Translations under genes and position numbers: made by a program
Part shown: one piece after another, positions 52,063-64,000 of the stretch
Layout of the letters: each line of letters starts with the position of its first letter
How positions within the stretch are numbered: the first letter of the stretch is position 1
NCBI GenBank assembly: GCA_002633005.1
Contig: NMRA01000227.1
Location: 444,219 to 508,218, forward strand
Length of the DNA: 64,000 nt
Direction of reading: 5' to 3'
Source: Phoronis australis
Lineage: Eukaryota; Animalia; Phoronida
Notes under the pieces: generated by a model
What the model was told of the DNA's origin: nothing
The model's database searches: none
Seen by the model: only the letters and a program-made list of their open reading frames with translations

Positions 52063-54299
52063 ATCCGACACATTCACAACACTGGGGTAACCTCCCGGGC
52101 TCCAGAGGTGCACAATAGTTTGCAGATTGGTCAAAATCCACCTCCGCCGCACCCTGAGCCTGTAATTCTGATGCTAACACTGCCTTATTAATCTCCGTTA
52201 TTTGTGCACGGAGATCTTGTGGCTGCACGGGAGTATCTCCTTGAGCATGAGCACATAGTTCCATTTCCAGAGTGCCAGCGTGCGTCGTGGCTAGTGAGGA
52301 CTGCCCCGCTGGAGTGTCCGCACATTTTACTTTGTCAAGTTTTTCAGATTCTGTTTTCGTGGAACCCCGCGCCATCAAATGTGCCACAAAGATTAATAAG
52401 TACTACACGCGAGCTCGCTGTGCATAAGGCAAATCAATGAAAAAAGCGAGGACAACATGTGTAAAAGTAGTATTGTACAACATGCCCTATGCGATGCGTA
52501 GTCAAATGTGATTGGTTGCACCAAATCACAAATTCACGATAAAATTCGGCCCAAAAAAACTACTGGTGCAAATCATCGGACCACGAACGAAGGCCAGGCA
52601 CCAAGGAATAAAAGTTCACTCCAGAAACAAAGTTATGGGATGTCTTGTGTAACAAGTGACACGACCGAGGGATATGGTTCTCGTACGTCTAGCAGTGAAA
52701 CGTCACACCCCACAGCTCAGCTATGACAGGGAGGGTCAGTGGCTAAAGAAGTGATGACCCAAAATGATTCGCCATCAAAATGAATGTTGGCAGTGCCGAA
52801 AAAGCACGGGTGCATATAGTTAACTCTGACAAACAGAAACAGCACCCAACATATCTTAGTGTCCAAACAAGTCAGCAACACGAACGAAAAGATAGAAAAC
52901 ACAGCAAACAACTCCAAAAAAAACAAAAGATAAAAAAAATGTCAAAACATCATCAGAATGCACACACTAATGATTCATCAGATCTGCACACGCATCTCAT
53001 GTAACAGGAACTCTGAAAATACAGAGCTTTTTACAGAGGCAAACATAAAAATCCAACACAGCCACTGGGGGAGGGGCACATCGGTAGTCGGATCAATCCA
53101 AAATTCTTCGTCATCATTTGTTGTCAGCTTCATAGAACACACCTGCCATATCTTAAGATTCAGCATGAGGATTACGAGATACAGTAGGGATATACTTAGC
53201 CACTCGTCCAGTCGCCAATGCGAGTAAAAATGTTGCTGGGCAAGTAGATATTGTCTTCACGGTTGCCGAGGTGGCGAGCAAATTTTCAGAGCGCAACAGC
53301 ACTATTTCATTTCCTAGATGAACATGAATAAATTTGCTCCTCCTTGTGGTATTTTTATCATGAATTTAAGGTTCAGTTTGGTCAGCGTGTCGATGCTCCG
53401 GCAGTGAAAAACATCCGGGGGCGCTGTGCGATCCAACCAATTCAGTAGATGTCACTCGTTACGCGATTCGTCTTGACAAGAGATTACAGTCAGGTTGGTC
53501 ATGCACAAAAGAATTTGTGGACTAGTCCGAAACGAAGAAAAAGGGGGGAAGGCCGGTCCATGTGCTCATACCATATTCCTTGGAACTGATTTCTTATTGT
53601 AATGTACAATGTCATTTTAGCCAAATTTATTTTATAAATAATAACATTGAAAACACGTTTAAATGGGTTTCCTTGTTATCATTTTTAGCAAAGTAAAATA
53701 TCGCAATTTTAGCCAGTGCCAGATAAACTAGAGTTGTAAGTTTAACGAGTTTAATTCCCAGCCGACAACACAACGAGGTGGAGCCGGAAGGGCTCTCACC
53801 AAACACAGTTGTATGAATAACAATGCAATTTAGTGATTACCTCTTGTGTCACAGAACATGAGGTGAACTTACACTAAGAATAGGTAGTAGAAAACAAAAA
53901 TAGTAAACACAGTGCTAATAAGTTACTATGGTGTTAACAAAGTACAAAGTAGCTAAAATCAGTCATAAAGCCAATCGTCCGTTTGCCAATGAGGTTTGTG
54001 GCGCAGTCGTTGTGATCTTCTCTGGGCCTCTGGATGAGCAGGGAAGACGTGGGTTCAACAGCAGGCATTGTCGTAGAACCAAGCTGGTGGGATGCATCAG
54101 GGGAAGGAACGATGGTAGATGGCACAGCTGGAGTGGCAAGTGGGCCGCGTGAAGGTAATACACCGTTGTTGCACCATGGACCTGGATCACAGGACGAGGG
54201 CAATGATGAAACGGATACTGGAACAGCGGAAGACGGTGGGAACTCGTCATCATCGTGGCCACAAGGGGCAGTGACAGGTGATGCAGCTGGAATGTCAGT

Positions 54300-57200
54300 A
54301 ATCTCTGACGGAACACGGTAACACTCGCTGCGTTTGACACGGTAAGTAAGAAGCATTACCTAACTGATCTCCAGAAAATTTCCGAACACTTAACATACGC
54401 CATCGGAAGCAAACACGAGGTATCGTGGACGGCCTCTGGTCTTGTCCCTATCAGAGTAGAGGTAAATCAGAGTAGAGATAAATCAGAGTAGAGGTAAATG
54501 ATATCGCCGATGGATGCGTCGCATTCTACTTCCTGGTTGGCCAAAGGAGCCTTGGATCATGCACTGGGTCCATAGTTGATGGAGCGCCGTTGTCGTTGGG
54601 AAGAGATCAACAAGTTGTCATGAATTGGTATTTGGGAATTAGTGAACTGGTCGCGCTGAAACCACATCACTCTGGCAGACAATCCAGTGGAGCGAAGGCG
54701 GCTGTTCAATCGAGCAACAGCTACGGCCAGCTGTAAGGAACTGACATTGCCGGCTCCATGCTTATCACGCAGTAACTCGTGTGACAACTCCTGTATGGCC
54801 TTCTCTGCGACAGGGTTATGGTTGGGATTCTTGATGCGTCCGATCTCAACTGAAATGCGATGATGTTCTAGGAGTTTGTCCTTTTGAAGAGCCTGGAAGC
54901 TTGAAGCCGGATCTGTACGGATAACTGCATGAGGGCCGTCTAACGAGCGCAGTTCGAGACACATTTGGAGAAGACCATTTCGAAGATCTTCGTGGCATTC
55001 AGTAGCAATGATACAAGCCGCTGTGTAAGAAGAGACGCACTCTCGGAGAACCAAAATCAGCTGTCGCTCGCGCTTCATGACGTCACCTGCAAATGACGTC
55101 CCAACGGTCGCAGGTGTATCAGAGGTACTCTGCAGGGTCGTGGTTTTGGGGAAAGAGCGCATTCAACAACACTGATGGCACATGCGTGTGCAACGATCAA
55201 TGGCAGACTCTAAATCACGTGCAAAGAAGTACCGTTGGGTGACGAGTTGATGGGAGGTGGGGTGATCCAGCCGTAAATGAAGTGCCATGAGAAAGCCGTA
55301 CAAGATGGGACGTGGAACGATGATGCGTTCTTCACGAGCGACGAGAGGCTTGCCTTGCCAAGCCACAAGTAAACCATCTGACGCGATAGTGGCGACGTTG
55401 AGATAGCGTTTGACATCTCGAGTGTTGGTGTCTCTCTTGGAGGGCCACATCCCTTGGTTGAGATGAGTCTTGCCATAACTCGGGAGACTCGGACTGAAGG
55501 GATAACCAAGATAACCTCGTGGTGAACGGAAGTTTGAGTTCTTCCTGAGGGACCTCGGCAGCAGTCGCATGGAGCACCACACAATCTTCCAGAGTGTTCA
55601 CGAAAAGGCACACTTGGCAAGAAGCGTCGGTGCACTCTTGGCTGTGGCGACTCGCAAAGTATGAGACGACGTTAGTGGCACCAAATATGTTCTGAACGAT
55701 AGGTTGATAGCGAGAAACGGTGGAGAAAAACGTCGACACGCGAGGACTGACTGAGAATTCGCCCCTGCAGAGTTTCTCGAAAGGTTGTACACAAGGCTTG
55801 CTGTCAGTAAGTATGATAGCAGGATGCGCTGACTGAATCAGACAAGGGCTAAAATGTTTCACGGTAGCAGCAATAGCGAGGGCTTCAATTTCGCATGGAA
55901 GCCAAGTAACTTGACATGATTTCAGTTTCGCACTGAAAAAGCCGTAGACACGTGGCATGTCCTATGAGAGATACAGTGTACCAGCGATGCCCGGGTGTTT
56001 GGCGGAGGTATCCGTGACTATCCACAGCTGATCATCCGGTCTGGGTAGAGTGATAGTTTTATGCGTGGACAATGCCTGTTGGGCTGAGGTGGAGGCAACA
56101 TGTAACTCATCGGTCCAGGTAATGCGGTCTTTGGAATCGCATTCCGATATAGAGGAGTCCAGTGAGGCGATGAAAAAAGCACAGTAAGGCAGGACTCTCG
56201 ACATAGCTTTCACGGCTCCGATGAAGGATCTCATTTGTCGAACAGTACCAGGTTTGGGACAAGACGAGAGAGCAATTATCTGATGTGAGCTAGCTTGTAA
56301 AGTACCCATCTCCCAAATCCAGCCGAGGACTTCTGTGCGTCGTGGGGTTATGACTGTCTTTGTAGAAGATAGACGGAGATCAGCCGTTGACAATGCATAT
56401 AGCACCCTTTTCCACTTGGTAATCAACTCTGTGATAGTCTGACCACCACAGTATAAGTTGTCAGTGAACTTGGTGACAGCTCCTTCTTCCAAAAGCTCTC
56501 CCAATACACGACACGTCAACTCTTCCAAAGCGGTTTCCGAACCGGGCATACCCATGGCGCAGCGTGCGTAAACACGGATACCTCGGAAAGGTGTGGATAT
56601 GCCACAATATTTCATGGACTCTCGTGACAAAGGAATTTGATAGAAGGCACTCGTAAGATCAGTCTTGATGATGTACTTCCATTGAGCAATCTTCCGAAGC
56701 ACGGAATCTACGTCAGGTATGAGAGATGGTTGGGGCTTGGCGTACCAGCCAACGTCTGCAAATGCTGTAACTAAAAGAAGACCTCCGTGGGGCTTCTTGA
56801 CTAGAAACGAGGGATTAAGATATTCTACTGTAATACCAACATCCTCTGAACGAGCGAATACTCCCAGGAGCTCCAGCTCGTTGAATTTTTGTTGCAATTC
56901 CAGGAGCTTGTCCTTGGAGTATTGGGGGAGGTGACCTTTCCTCTGTGGAGGTTGTGTAGGACCCATGTTGACAACGGCCTCAAACGGGCCTGCGGAGCCG
57001 TTGTACCCGGGATATTGTGGATCAAATACATGAGCAAATTCTCGATGCAGGGTGTGGAACCTATCCCAATCTGCAGCATGCCGAATATTGTCCGGATCAA
57101 CGGCAACGAAGTGATGATGATCTAAGGTGGTTTTGGGGGATGAGATACAATGGGGGGCTGTCGGGATCCAGATGGAACCTCTGAAGAAGTGAACACGGTG

Positions 57201-57800
57201 TGTACCTGGCAAAACTGCTCATCTCGTCACAAAAATCGTGGTTCATCGGTGTTGTTGAACAGGTGAATTTTGCCATTAGTCGGAGCAAGAATATCGGGTT
57301 GTGGCCATAGCTGGGAAACACCTGTGGAGCAGAGGCTAATGCTGTCGCAGCAAGATGTTCTTCGGATGGGGCCTCCAACTCAAGACAATCACCAGGCCAG
57401 ATGGCTGTGGTGTGAGGTGGAGCACCTAATACGTGGGACAGTCGTGTTATGGGTTGTGGGTATTGGCTTACGAGTTGGCCATAAGTGCATGTAGATCCAT
57501 CGGCCATTGTGATAACCTTATGAGCAGGTGGTACTGAAATGTCGTTGTAATTCATAAATGGGGTTGCTGCCAAGACGTCTACGTCCAAAGACTCGATAAC
57601 AAGACGGTGAAAAATGAAGGAATATTTGTCACGTGTGAAGACAAGTCGAGTTTCCCCCACAACCTGTAGAGTAGATGTACCATCGGCCTGGAAGGCGGTT
57701 TGGCAATTTTTACGAACTTTCGCGCCCAACGAACGTGCACACGATCCGCTAATCATGTTTCCTGTGGCACCACAATAAAATGTCAAACGCACGGGGGTTT
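54300..57800 (-). pseudogene. Gypsy pol remnant (protease, RT, RNase H, integrase)
   Basis: Protease-like FYCGATGNM; RT KTDLTSAFYQIPL...MGMPGSE with the catalytic DD motif degraded to FTDNL; RNase H IVTD...EIEAL...LTDSKP; integrase HHCC (HLRLDHP...CHQC) and DDE core (FAGD, RTD, AEKAIQE). Split across several frames. Confidence 0.92.
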
Positions 57801-58284
57801 GACCAACAAATGTGTTGAGATAAGGAGACTCGACTATTTGGAGTCAGGGCAGAACTGCTCGCAAGATATTGTGTCTTGAACGAAGTCCTCCTTGGTGGCC
57901 TCGTCAACGTCGGTGGACCGGGCCTTGAGGAAGGCGCGCTTGCCGTCAGGTGGGAGGAACGGGCACCGAGACAAGAAGTGGTCTGAGGGAGTGCGTCGGG
58001 CGGTGGTGCATAAGACACACGACGGGGTTCTACGGCGGCGAGGGGGGTTTGTGTAGAATAATAAGAATAAACTAGGTTTATTGGGAACACTGAAACTACG
58101 TCGATCTACAATCGTAAGATGACCGTCCGTGTGTCCGCGTAATAACAAAGTCACTTATACTACATCTCCCCCTCAAGTCTCTTAAAGATAAAATTAACTA
58201 AGCGATACAACAACAAAAATAACACAACTAATGAACGCCAAGTTGGAATTCATAATAAAAAGCCATCGTTCACCATCAATATCA

Positions 58285-58645
58285 TCAGTCCTCAAATCCA
58301 TAACGGATGGGTGGTTTTCGAACACGGTGGCTTGGACTAAGGAGCGAATGAGTCGGTGAAGTTGGGAGTACCGCCGGTACTGAATCATCGGGTGGTGGTG
58401 GCGGCATCATCATGACATCTCGCCTATTTCGCGTTATGCTACCTTTATCAGTCTCGAGAGTCACGGAGCGGTCCTTATCCTGCACCACAACTGCCGGACG
58501 TTTCATATCGCGAATCATTACCGACTGACCTTCATGGTATGTAGGAATCTCCCGTGCACGGTGCCGGGAATCAAATGCTTTTGCCATTTGAATTTTGTAG
58601 TCGTGTTCCTTTATCCGCAGGGAGTCACGATCGAGTTCGACTGGT
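58285..58645 (-). CDS. Integrase C-terminal tail of the nested element
   Basis: AFDSRHRARE...GQSVMIRD...RSVTLETDKGSITRNRRD...RVRKPPIRY, a typical Gypsy integrase end, with its stop just upstream of the PPT. Confidence 0.8.
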
Positions 58646-58650
58646 NNNNN

Positions 58651-59557
58651 TTACGCCCGCACCAGTGTCTAGTTTAAATTCAAACGTTTTGTCAAAACCT
58701 CCCTGGGTGAATACGCGAAGGGGTTTTACAATGTCGTTTTCACCTGGCGTTATTTCACCTAAGAACTCTCGAGGCATTTCCTCGTGTTTCCCATTACCCA
58801 GTCCGGTAGAGACTTCTTTCACCCCTTCTTGTTGGAGGTGAGTTTTACATGCAACAGCCCAGTGGCCCCGCCGCTTACATTTCCGACATTCCGACGATCG
58901 CGCAGGACATCTCTCACCAGTCCCGTGTGCCGTTTTACCGCACCGAGAGCACTTTGAGATTTCGTTTACCGCACCTACCGATGTCGAATCCCCCACTGTG
59001 GCTGTAATTTCGCGAAACTGCATACCCGAGGCTTCTGCCGCGTGACACGAGTCTAACGCCGCTTCGAGAGAAAGACCGTCCGCCTGCCCGCCCTGGCGCA
59101 GCAGTTTAGCGCGCAACCCATCATCACGGACACCGAGAACGAGCTGATCTTTTATCAAAGATTTTTCAAGTTCCCCGAACTCACACGTTTGCGCCAGTGT
59201 GCGCAAGTGTGTCACAAAATTTTTGATGGTTTCTCCCTCCATTTGTTTTCTGCTGTGGAATTTGTAACGTTCATATGTAACATTTTTTCTTGGTGAACAA
59301 AATTCTTCAAACTTGGTCAGGACAATATCCAAGTTTTTGGAGGCCTCTTCATTTTCAAAACTGATAGTGTTATACAACACCAATGCGTCGTCTCCAACGC
59401 AATGTAAGAATAGCGCCACCTTCCGTTCGTCGGAGAAATCAGTGGCCCCACTCGCCACGAGATACACTTCAAACTTTTGCCGAAATCTCCTCCAGTTTTC
59501 AGAGACATTGCCTGAATTGAGGTCTAGATCTTCGCTAGGAGGCTTAATGAGTTCCAT
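58651..59557 (-). CDS. Gag-protease of the nested Mag-like element (uninterrupted up to the gap)
   Basis: MELIKPPSEDL...NWRRFRQKFEVY; double Cys/His knuckle CSRCG...H...CPA...CRKC...GHWAVAC; aspartic protease motif FKLDTGA right at the gap. Confidence 0.9.
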
Positions 59558-60717
59558 CGTGTAGTTAAAAAGCTGCCACCATGTAGAATAATAAGAATAA
59601 ACTAGGTTTATTGGGAACACTGAAACTACGTCGATCTACAATCGTAAGATGGCCGTCCGTGTGTCCGCATAATAACAAAGTCACTTATACTACAGTTTGT
59701 CTTCGAGCTGGTTATGCGCATGGAGCGAGTGTCCTCGATACACCTAAGCTCATCAAGTAGTGAGTTCATAGCTTGAGAAATTTCAGTCTTGATGGAGGCA
59801 AGGGAGTTGTTGCGCAACTCCACGCCATATCGTTGCTTAACAAGTTGGGGTAAACCTGGGTTGACCATCTGTAATCATAAGAACCCAATAGCATTTTCGA
59901 GGGAGGGAGTCATGTCTTCCTCGATGTCGACAGTCTCGCCATGATGCGTTATGCCACACCCAACGGTGAGTAAGTTATCCTCAAAAAAAGCAATGAAGCG
60001 CTGGAATAGGTCTTCAGGACGTTCATTTGAATCTAATGATATGAGTCCCAGGTCTAAGAAATGTGCTCCTGTGTAAGCGAATCCGAAATGTTGGCAGATT
60101 TACTGTCAAATGTCCTGGACAGAGGTGGATGACTTCACGATAGAATTATGGGATATGACGGGACAAAAATTGGCAATTTGTCCCAGCATGAGCTCTAAAT
60201 GAGCCAGTTTCATGTGAGCAGAATGCCGCTGTGGTTCTGGGGTGTCATCAGGGCCGTCAGTCAGACCACGGAGTGGAGCAGTGGCTGTCTTTTTTAGCCA
60301 ACTAACGCCGTTGACAAGAAATGGCGCAAAGTGAGGGTCCAATGAAAGGATATATAATAAATTCTGCCTCCAGCTATCAAATGAAGTAATGGTCTCATTT
60401 TTAGTGAGCGGCCACTGTTTTGGAGCTCGGGTTGTAGCCATGTCACTGCCACCACGCCAGATAAACTAGAGAAAGAGTTGTAAGTTTAACAAGTTTAATT
60501 CGCAACACAACGAGGCGGAGCCGGAAGGGCTCTCACCAAACACAGTCGTACGAATAACAATGCAATGGCGCAGACTGATCATATACTTGTATAAAGTCTA
60601 TTTGGTGCGCACACTAGATTTTCCAATGCAAAGTTTTTTCCGTATTTTGTTCCAGCTACATGATTTAGCAGTACAGCTCAGCGTTTCTCGGTGCAGCCAC
60701 TGGCAAGACAATGAGTA

Positions 60718-60845
60718 CCGTACTCGTCTGCGATACCGCCCAGGGCGCTTTGAATTGGGAATCTAAAAAACAGGGGCTGGGCGGTAAGCCGAGTATGGGT
60801 GGTTAAAATCAAAATTTTTGAAGTCTTGAGTTGTTGCTTACTGCA
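60718..60845. mobile_element. Partial inverted copy of the 1716-3482 MITE family
   Basis: Reverse-complement similarity to 3361-3482; begins TA|CCGTACTCGTC. Confidence 0.7.
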
Positions 60846-61208
60846 TGGAGGACCGATTTTATCCTCACGGAGCTACACTGATGTCGAACTTCAAGCACAT
60901 CAGTTAAAAGATAGGTTGGGGGGTTGAAGTAACGGACTTCCGACGGCCTGTAGTGTATGATACAGTGGCGTCGTGATCCCGAGCGTGATTGGGTTTTTAC
61001 GTACCTCGGTGGCTGTTCGTCATTTCTTAGACTCTTAGAGCTAAGGTATTCCTACAATGAGGTAGACGTGCGTTCAGTAGGGCAAGTTTCTTGAGAGAAA
61101 AGACAGATCAAGCAAGATTCTGCAAGTTCGCAGTGTATTTCTAAGGGAAGCACTTGCTTTTGTAAAGATTTGCTTCCCGCTGGACACCTAGGCAACCATA
61201 TACTGATA

Positions 61209-63066
61209 TACTGTATCAAGAGAAATAGCAGGTGCTGATACCGTGACTAGTCTGGAATCAACAGCCTGAGGAATTAGTAACAGCTCGATCTAACGAAGCT
61301 TTTCGATCAAGCCTCAAATCGCTGCTGTTCTGATTATTGTACTCTCTCCCTGTTGACACGATGCCAGTAACGGTTACTGCAACGTAATGGACAGATTCAG
61401 ATTCAGAGTGTGAGTGAGTGGGTGTGCGTGGAGTGACTCAATGAGAATATTGCTGCTGCTAAACTACACAAAAAACTGAAGAATTTTAGAAGTGTTCATA
61501 CCTGGTCATTGTGGTGTATACGGAGTCTAATGTACGCTGTCTACGGCTTCTGAAAACTTAGTACTGTGGCTTATCCAGAAACGATCTTTTGCAGTGACAA
61601 GTACAAACGAAAACAAGCCGAACCAAAAAGTTTTTGTTTGATGTATTATTACCTCCAGTACTCAAGAGCTTGAGAAAGGGAAAGTTCCAAGCTTTGTTAC
61701 GGTGGCGGAATTTTTAAAAGGTAAAATGTCATGCTGGAGAACGTTATTTGACAAAATAAGTACCTTCATAGCCTGTTTTTGTTGCTCTATATCTCAATTC
61801 TTCAGAGTTTGTTGTAGAAAAACCGTAAAAAAGTGAAAGAAACCCAACTTAAAAGCATACTAGACACTAGCTGATTACAATACAAAGCCGCTGAAGGGAT
61901 GGTTTAAAATACGACGAATAGCCCTCACGGCCTCACGTGTATGTTACCAACTTTTTGAGCAAATTGAGTCTGTTGTTGAGTGAAATTATGCGAGAAGTGA
62001 CCTTAAAAGGCAGNGCAGTTTTTCCTGTTTGAGACGTTCTCCGTTTTTTTTGTTTTTTTTTGCCTTTTTTCTTGAATAATACTTCAGGAATCATGGAAAA
62101 TGCTTGATTTTTAGAGGTAAAAACAGAAAAATTTCCTGGGCGACCTCCCCCCATTCGGTGCTATGCGCATCTACAATCGTGGTTCAGTTTTCGCAAATTC
62201 TTGCAGCCGGAAAAAAATTTGGGCCCCCCCCTTGTGATATCCTAGATCCGCCACTGTACTGTATCAAGAGAAATAGCAGGTGCTGATATCGTGACTAGTC
62301 TGGAATCAACAGCCTGAGGAATTAGTAACAGCTCGATCTAACGAAGCTTTTCGATCAAGCCCCACATCGCTGCTGTTCTGATTATTGTACTCTCTCCCTG
62401 TTGACACGATGCCAGTAACGGTTACTGCAACGTAATGGACAGATTCAGATTCAGAGTGTGAGTGAGTGGGTGTGCGTGGAATGACTCAATGAGAATATTG
62501 CTGCTGCTAAACTACACAAAAAACTGAAGAATTTTAGAAGTGTTCATACCTGGTCATTGTGGTGTATACGGAGTCTAATGTACGCTGTCTACGGCTTCTG
62601 AAAACTTAGTACTGTGGCTTATCCAGAAACGATCTACAAACGAAAGCAAGCCGAACCAAAAAGTTTTTGTTTGATGTATTATTACCTCCAGTACTCAAGA
62701 GCTTGAGAAAGGGAAAGTTCCAAGCTTTGTTACGGTGGCGGAATTTTTAAAAGGTAAAATGTCATGCTGGAGAACGTTATTTGACAAAATAAGTACCTTC
62801 ATACCTGTTTTTGTTGCTCTATATCTCAATTCTTCAGAGTTTGTTGCAGAAAAATCGTGAAAAAGTGAAAGAAACCCAACTTAAAAGCATACTAGACACT
62901 AGCTGATTACAATACAAAGTCAAGGCTAAGCCGCTGAAGGGATGGTTTAAAATACGACGAATAGCCCTCACGGCCTCACGTGTATGTTACCAATTTTTTG
63001 AGCAAATTGAGTCTGTTGTTCAGTGTTGTTGAGTGAAATTATGCGAGAAGTGACCTTAAAAGGCAG
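61209..63066. other. ~800-bp near-identical duplication across an N (61209-62013 / 62257-63066)
   Basis: The copies differ by small indels and SNPs; N at 62014. Confidence 0.9.
62015..62256 (-). mobile_element. MITE end (family of 38702), truncated at N 62014
   Basis: Ends CCTAGATCCGCCACTG; reverse complement of ~38702-38950. Confidence 0.78.
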
Positions 63067-63279
63067 TTGTGGTTCCCCGGTTGTCAAAAGAGAGCTACAT
63101 AGCTGTAACCAATCAATCAAAATGTATACTTGACTCTTTAGTTGAGCATTCCCGTTTCAGGGCCATGCATTGTCATCACCTGCAGGCCTTTGCCCAATTG
63201 GCGCCCATAGCACAGGCCTTGTATTGCCTAACTACCACTACACAGCCACAGCCGGGCGTTATCAACATGTGCAATGAAC

Positions 63280-63333
63280 TAGGCAATGACCATCGCCTCT
63301 GTTCGGGCCAACAGAGGCGATGGTCATTGCCTA
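63280..63333. mobile_element. 54-bp palindromic mini-MITE with 9-bp TSD
   Basis: GCAATGAAC|TAGGCAATGACCATCGCCTCTGTT-cgggcc-AACAGAGGCGATGGTCATTGCCTA|GCAATGAAC. Confidence 0.8.
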
Positions 63334-64000
63334 GCAATGAACATGACTCCTCATTTTGGTCACCTATGACTCGTTTTAGCATGTTGTCAATGTAATGAGC
63401 TAGGTGGACAGTGGGGTAAACTGGTGTACTGGGCCTAATGTGTGGAACTAATTAACAGTGCTTAATTAGAACCAGGGCTGGCAATTTAAGCCCACTCAAC
63501 CTGGTTACTTAGCCAGAAGTCAGTGTTCTCACACATATAATAGCCCCAGTGTATTGGTTTTTGTATTTTAAACATTTTCTCATGACATCAAGTTGCCTTT
63601 AGAGACCTTTTGCTACTCCAAGATGTAGGCTTGGCAAGGTGCTTAGGACATCAAAGGTATTTGGCAACTGCAAGGTCATAAGGAAAAGCCCGAGTTAACT
63701 GAGCGCGTAAATCTTTGTTAGAAAGTAGTACACATGCAATTATTTCCATTGCATTGGAAACACAAAGGGTGTGGTAATAGGCTGATTAGTGCAAGTGAGC
63801 AGGGTGGGTGGTGTGTAATTTGCAATCACAACTCATAAGTCACGTAAGATGCAAAATGAAGCTAAATATTTGTAAATGTCTGAGGGCCTCTGGATTATGT
63901 CTGTTAGGTTGAAACGTATAGGCAGATCACTGACCACTAGTTTTCCAAATGTTGCGTCATGCAAAATGCAAGCCTCTCAATGTTTCATATTTTCCTATTT

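Larger units (their letters stand above)
58052..59694 (-). mobile_element. Young nested Ty3/Gypsy (Mag-like) LTR retrotransposon with an internal assembly gap
   Basis: LTRs 58052-58164 and 59582-59694 (113 bp, TG...CA, 2 mismatches); 5-bp TSD GTTTG at 58047-58051 and 59695-59699; PBS TGGTGGCAGC at 59572-59581; PPT GAGGGGGAGA at 58165-58174; NNNNN at 58646-58650. Confidence 0.96.
57834..60441 (-). pseudogene. Host Gypsy gag, interrupted by the nested element
   Basis: ORF pieces 60106-60441, 59626-59868 and 57834-58051. Removing the insert and one GTTTG rejoins SSKTN|PPRRRRTPSCVLC...HFLSRC (zinc knuckle). Confidence 0.85.
53717..60564 (-). mobile_element. Degenerate Ty3/Gypsy LTR retrotransposon (host element)
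   Basis: ~110-bp direct repeats at 53717-53826 and 60455-60564. PBS TGGTGGCAGTG lies next to the right LTR, followed by gag ATG 60441 (MATTRAPKQW). Order is PR-RT-RH-IN, with frameshifts and stops. No TSD seen. Confidence 0.93.

Noticed and set aside
53928-54356. Overlapping Pro/Ser-rich ORFs as env or a host gene
   Set aside because: Low-complexity tail of Gypsy pol; no signal peptide or transmembrane pattern.

Overview
AT-rich, repeat-dense metazoan genomic DNA, probably from an invertebrate; the DINE/HINE-type repeats and THAP/YqaJ elements suggest a mollusc or similar (inference). One host gene is supported: a minus-strand, 4-exon ankyrin-repeat + SOCS-box (ASB-like) gene at ~44267-52375, with phase-consistent GT-AG junctions and a possible frameshift in exon 1. 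Most of the rest is transposon-derived. A dead Ty3/Gypsy element (53717-60564) holds a much younger Mag-type Gypsy (58052-59694; 113-bp LTRs, GTTTG TSD) in its gag. Other elements include a decayed ISL2EU-like element with convergent SAP/YqaJ and THAP ORFs (17078-20897), TTAA-flanked Kolobok-like elements (one with a THAP remnant), an intron-containing hAT transposase remnant, Helentron-associated (HINE/DINE-like) elements whose core units carry CTCF-consensus motifs, many MITEs and several minisatellites. Two apparent duplications sit next to single Ns and look like filled and empty insertion alleles assembled in tandem. I found no prokaryotic genes, CRISPR arrays or intact RNA genes, and no convincing evidence of a novel system. 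All family calls come from motif recognition by eye, not from database searches.
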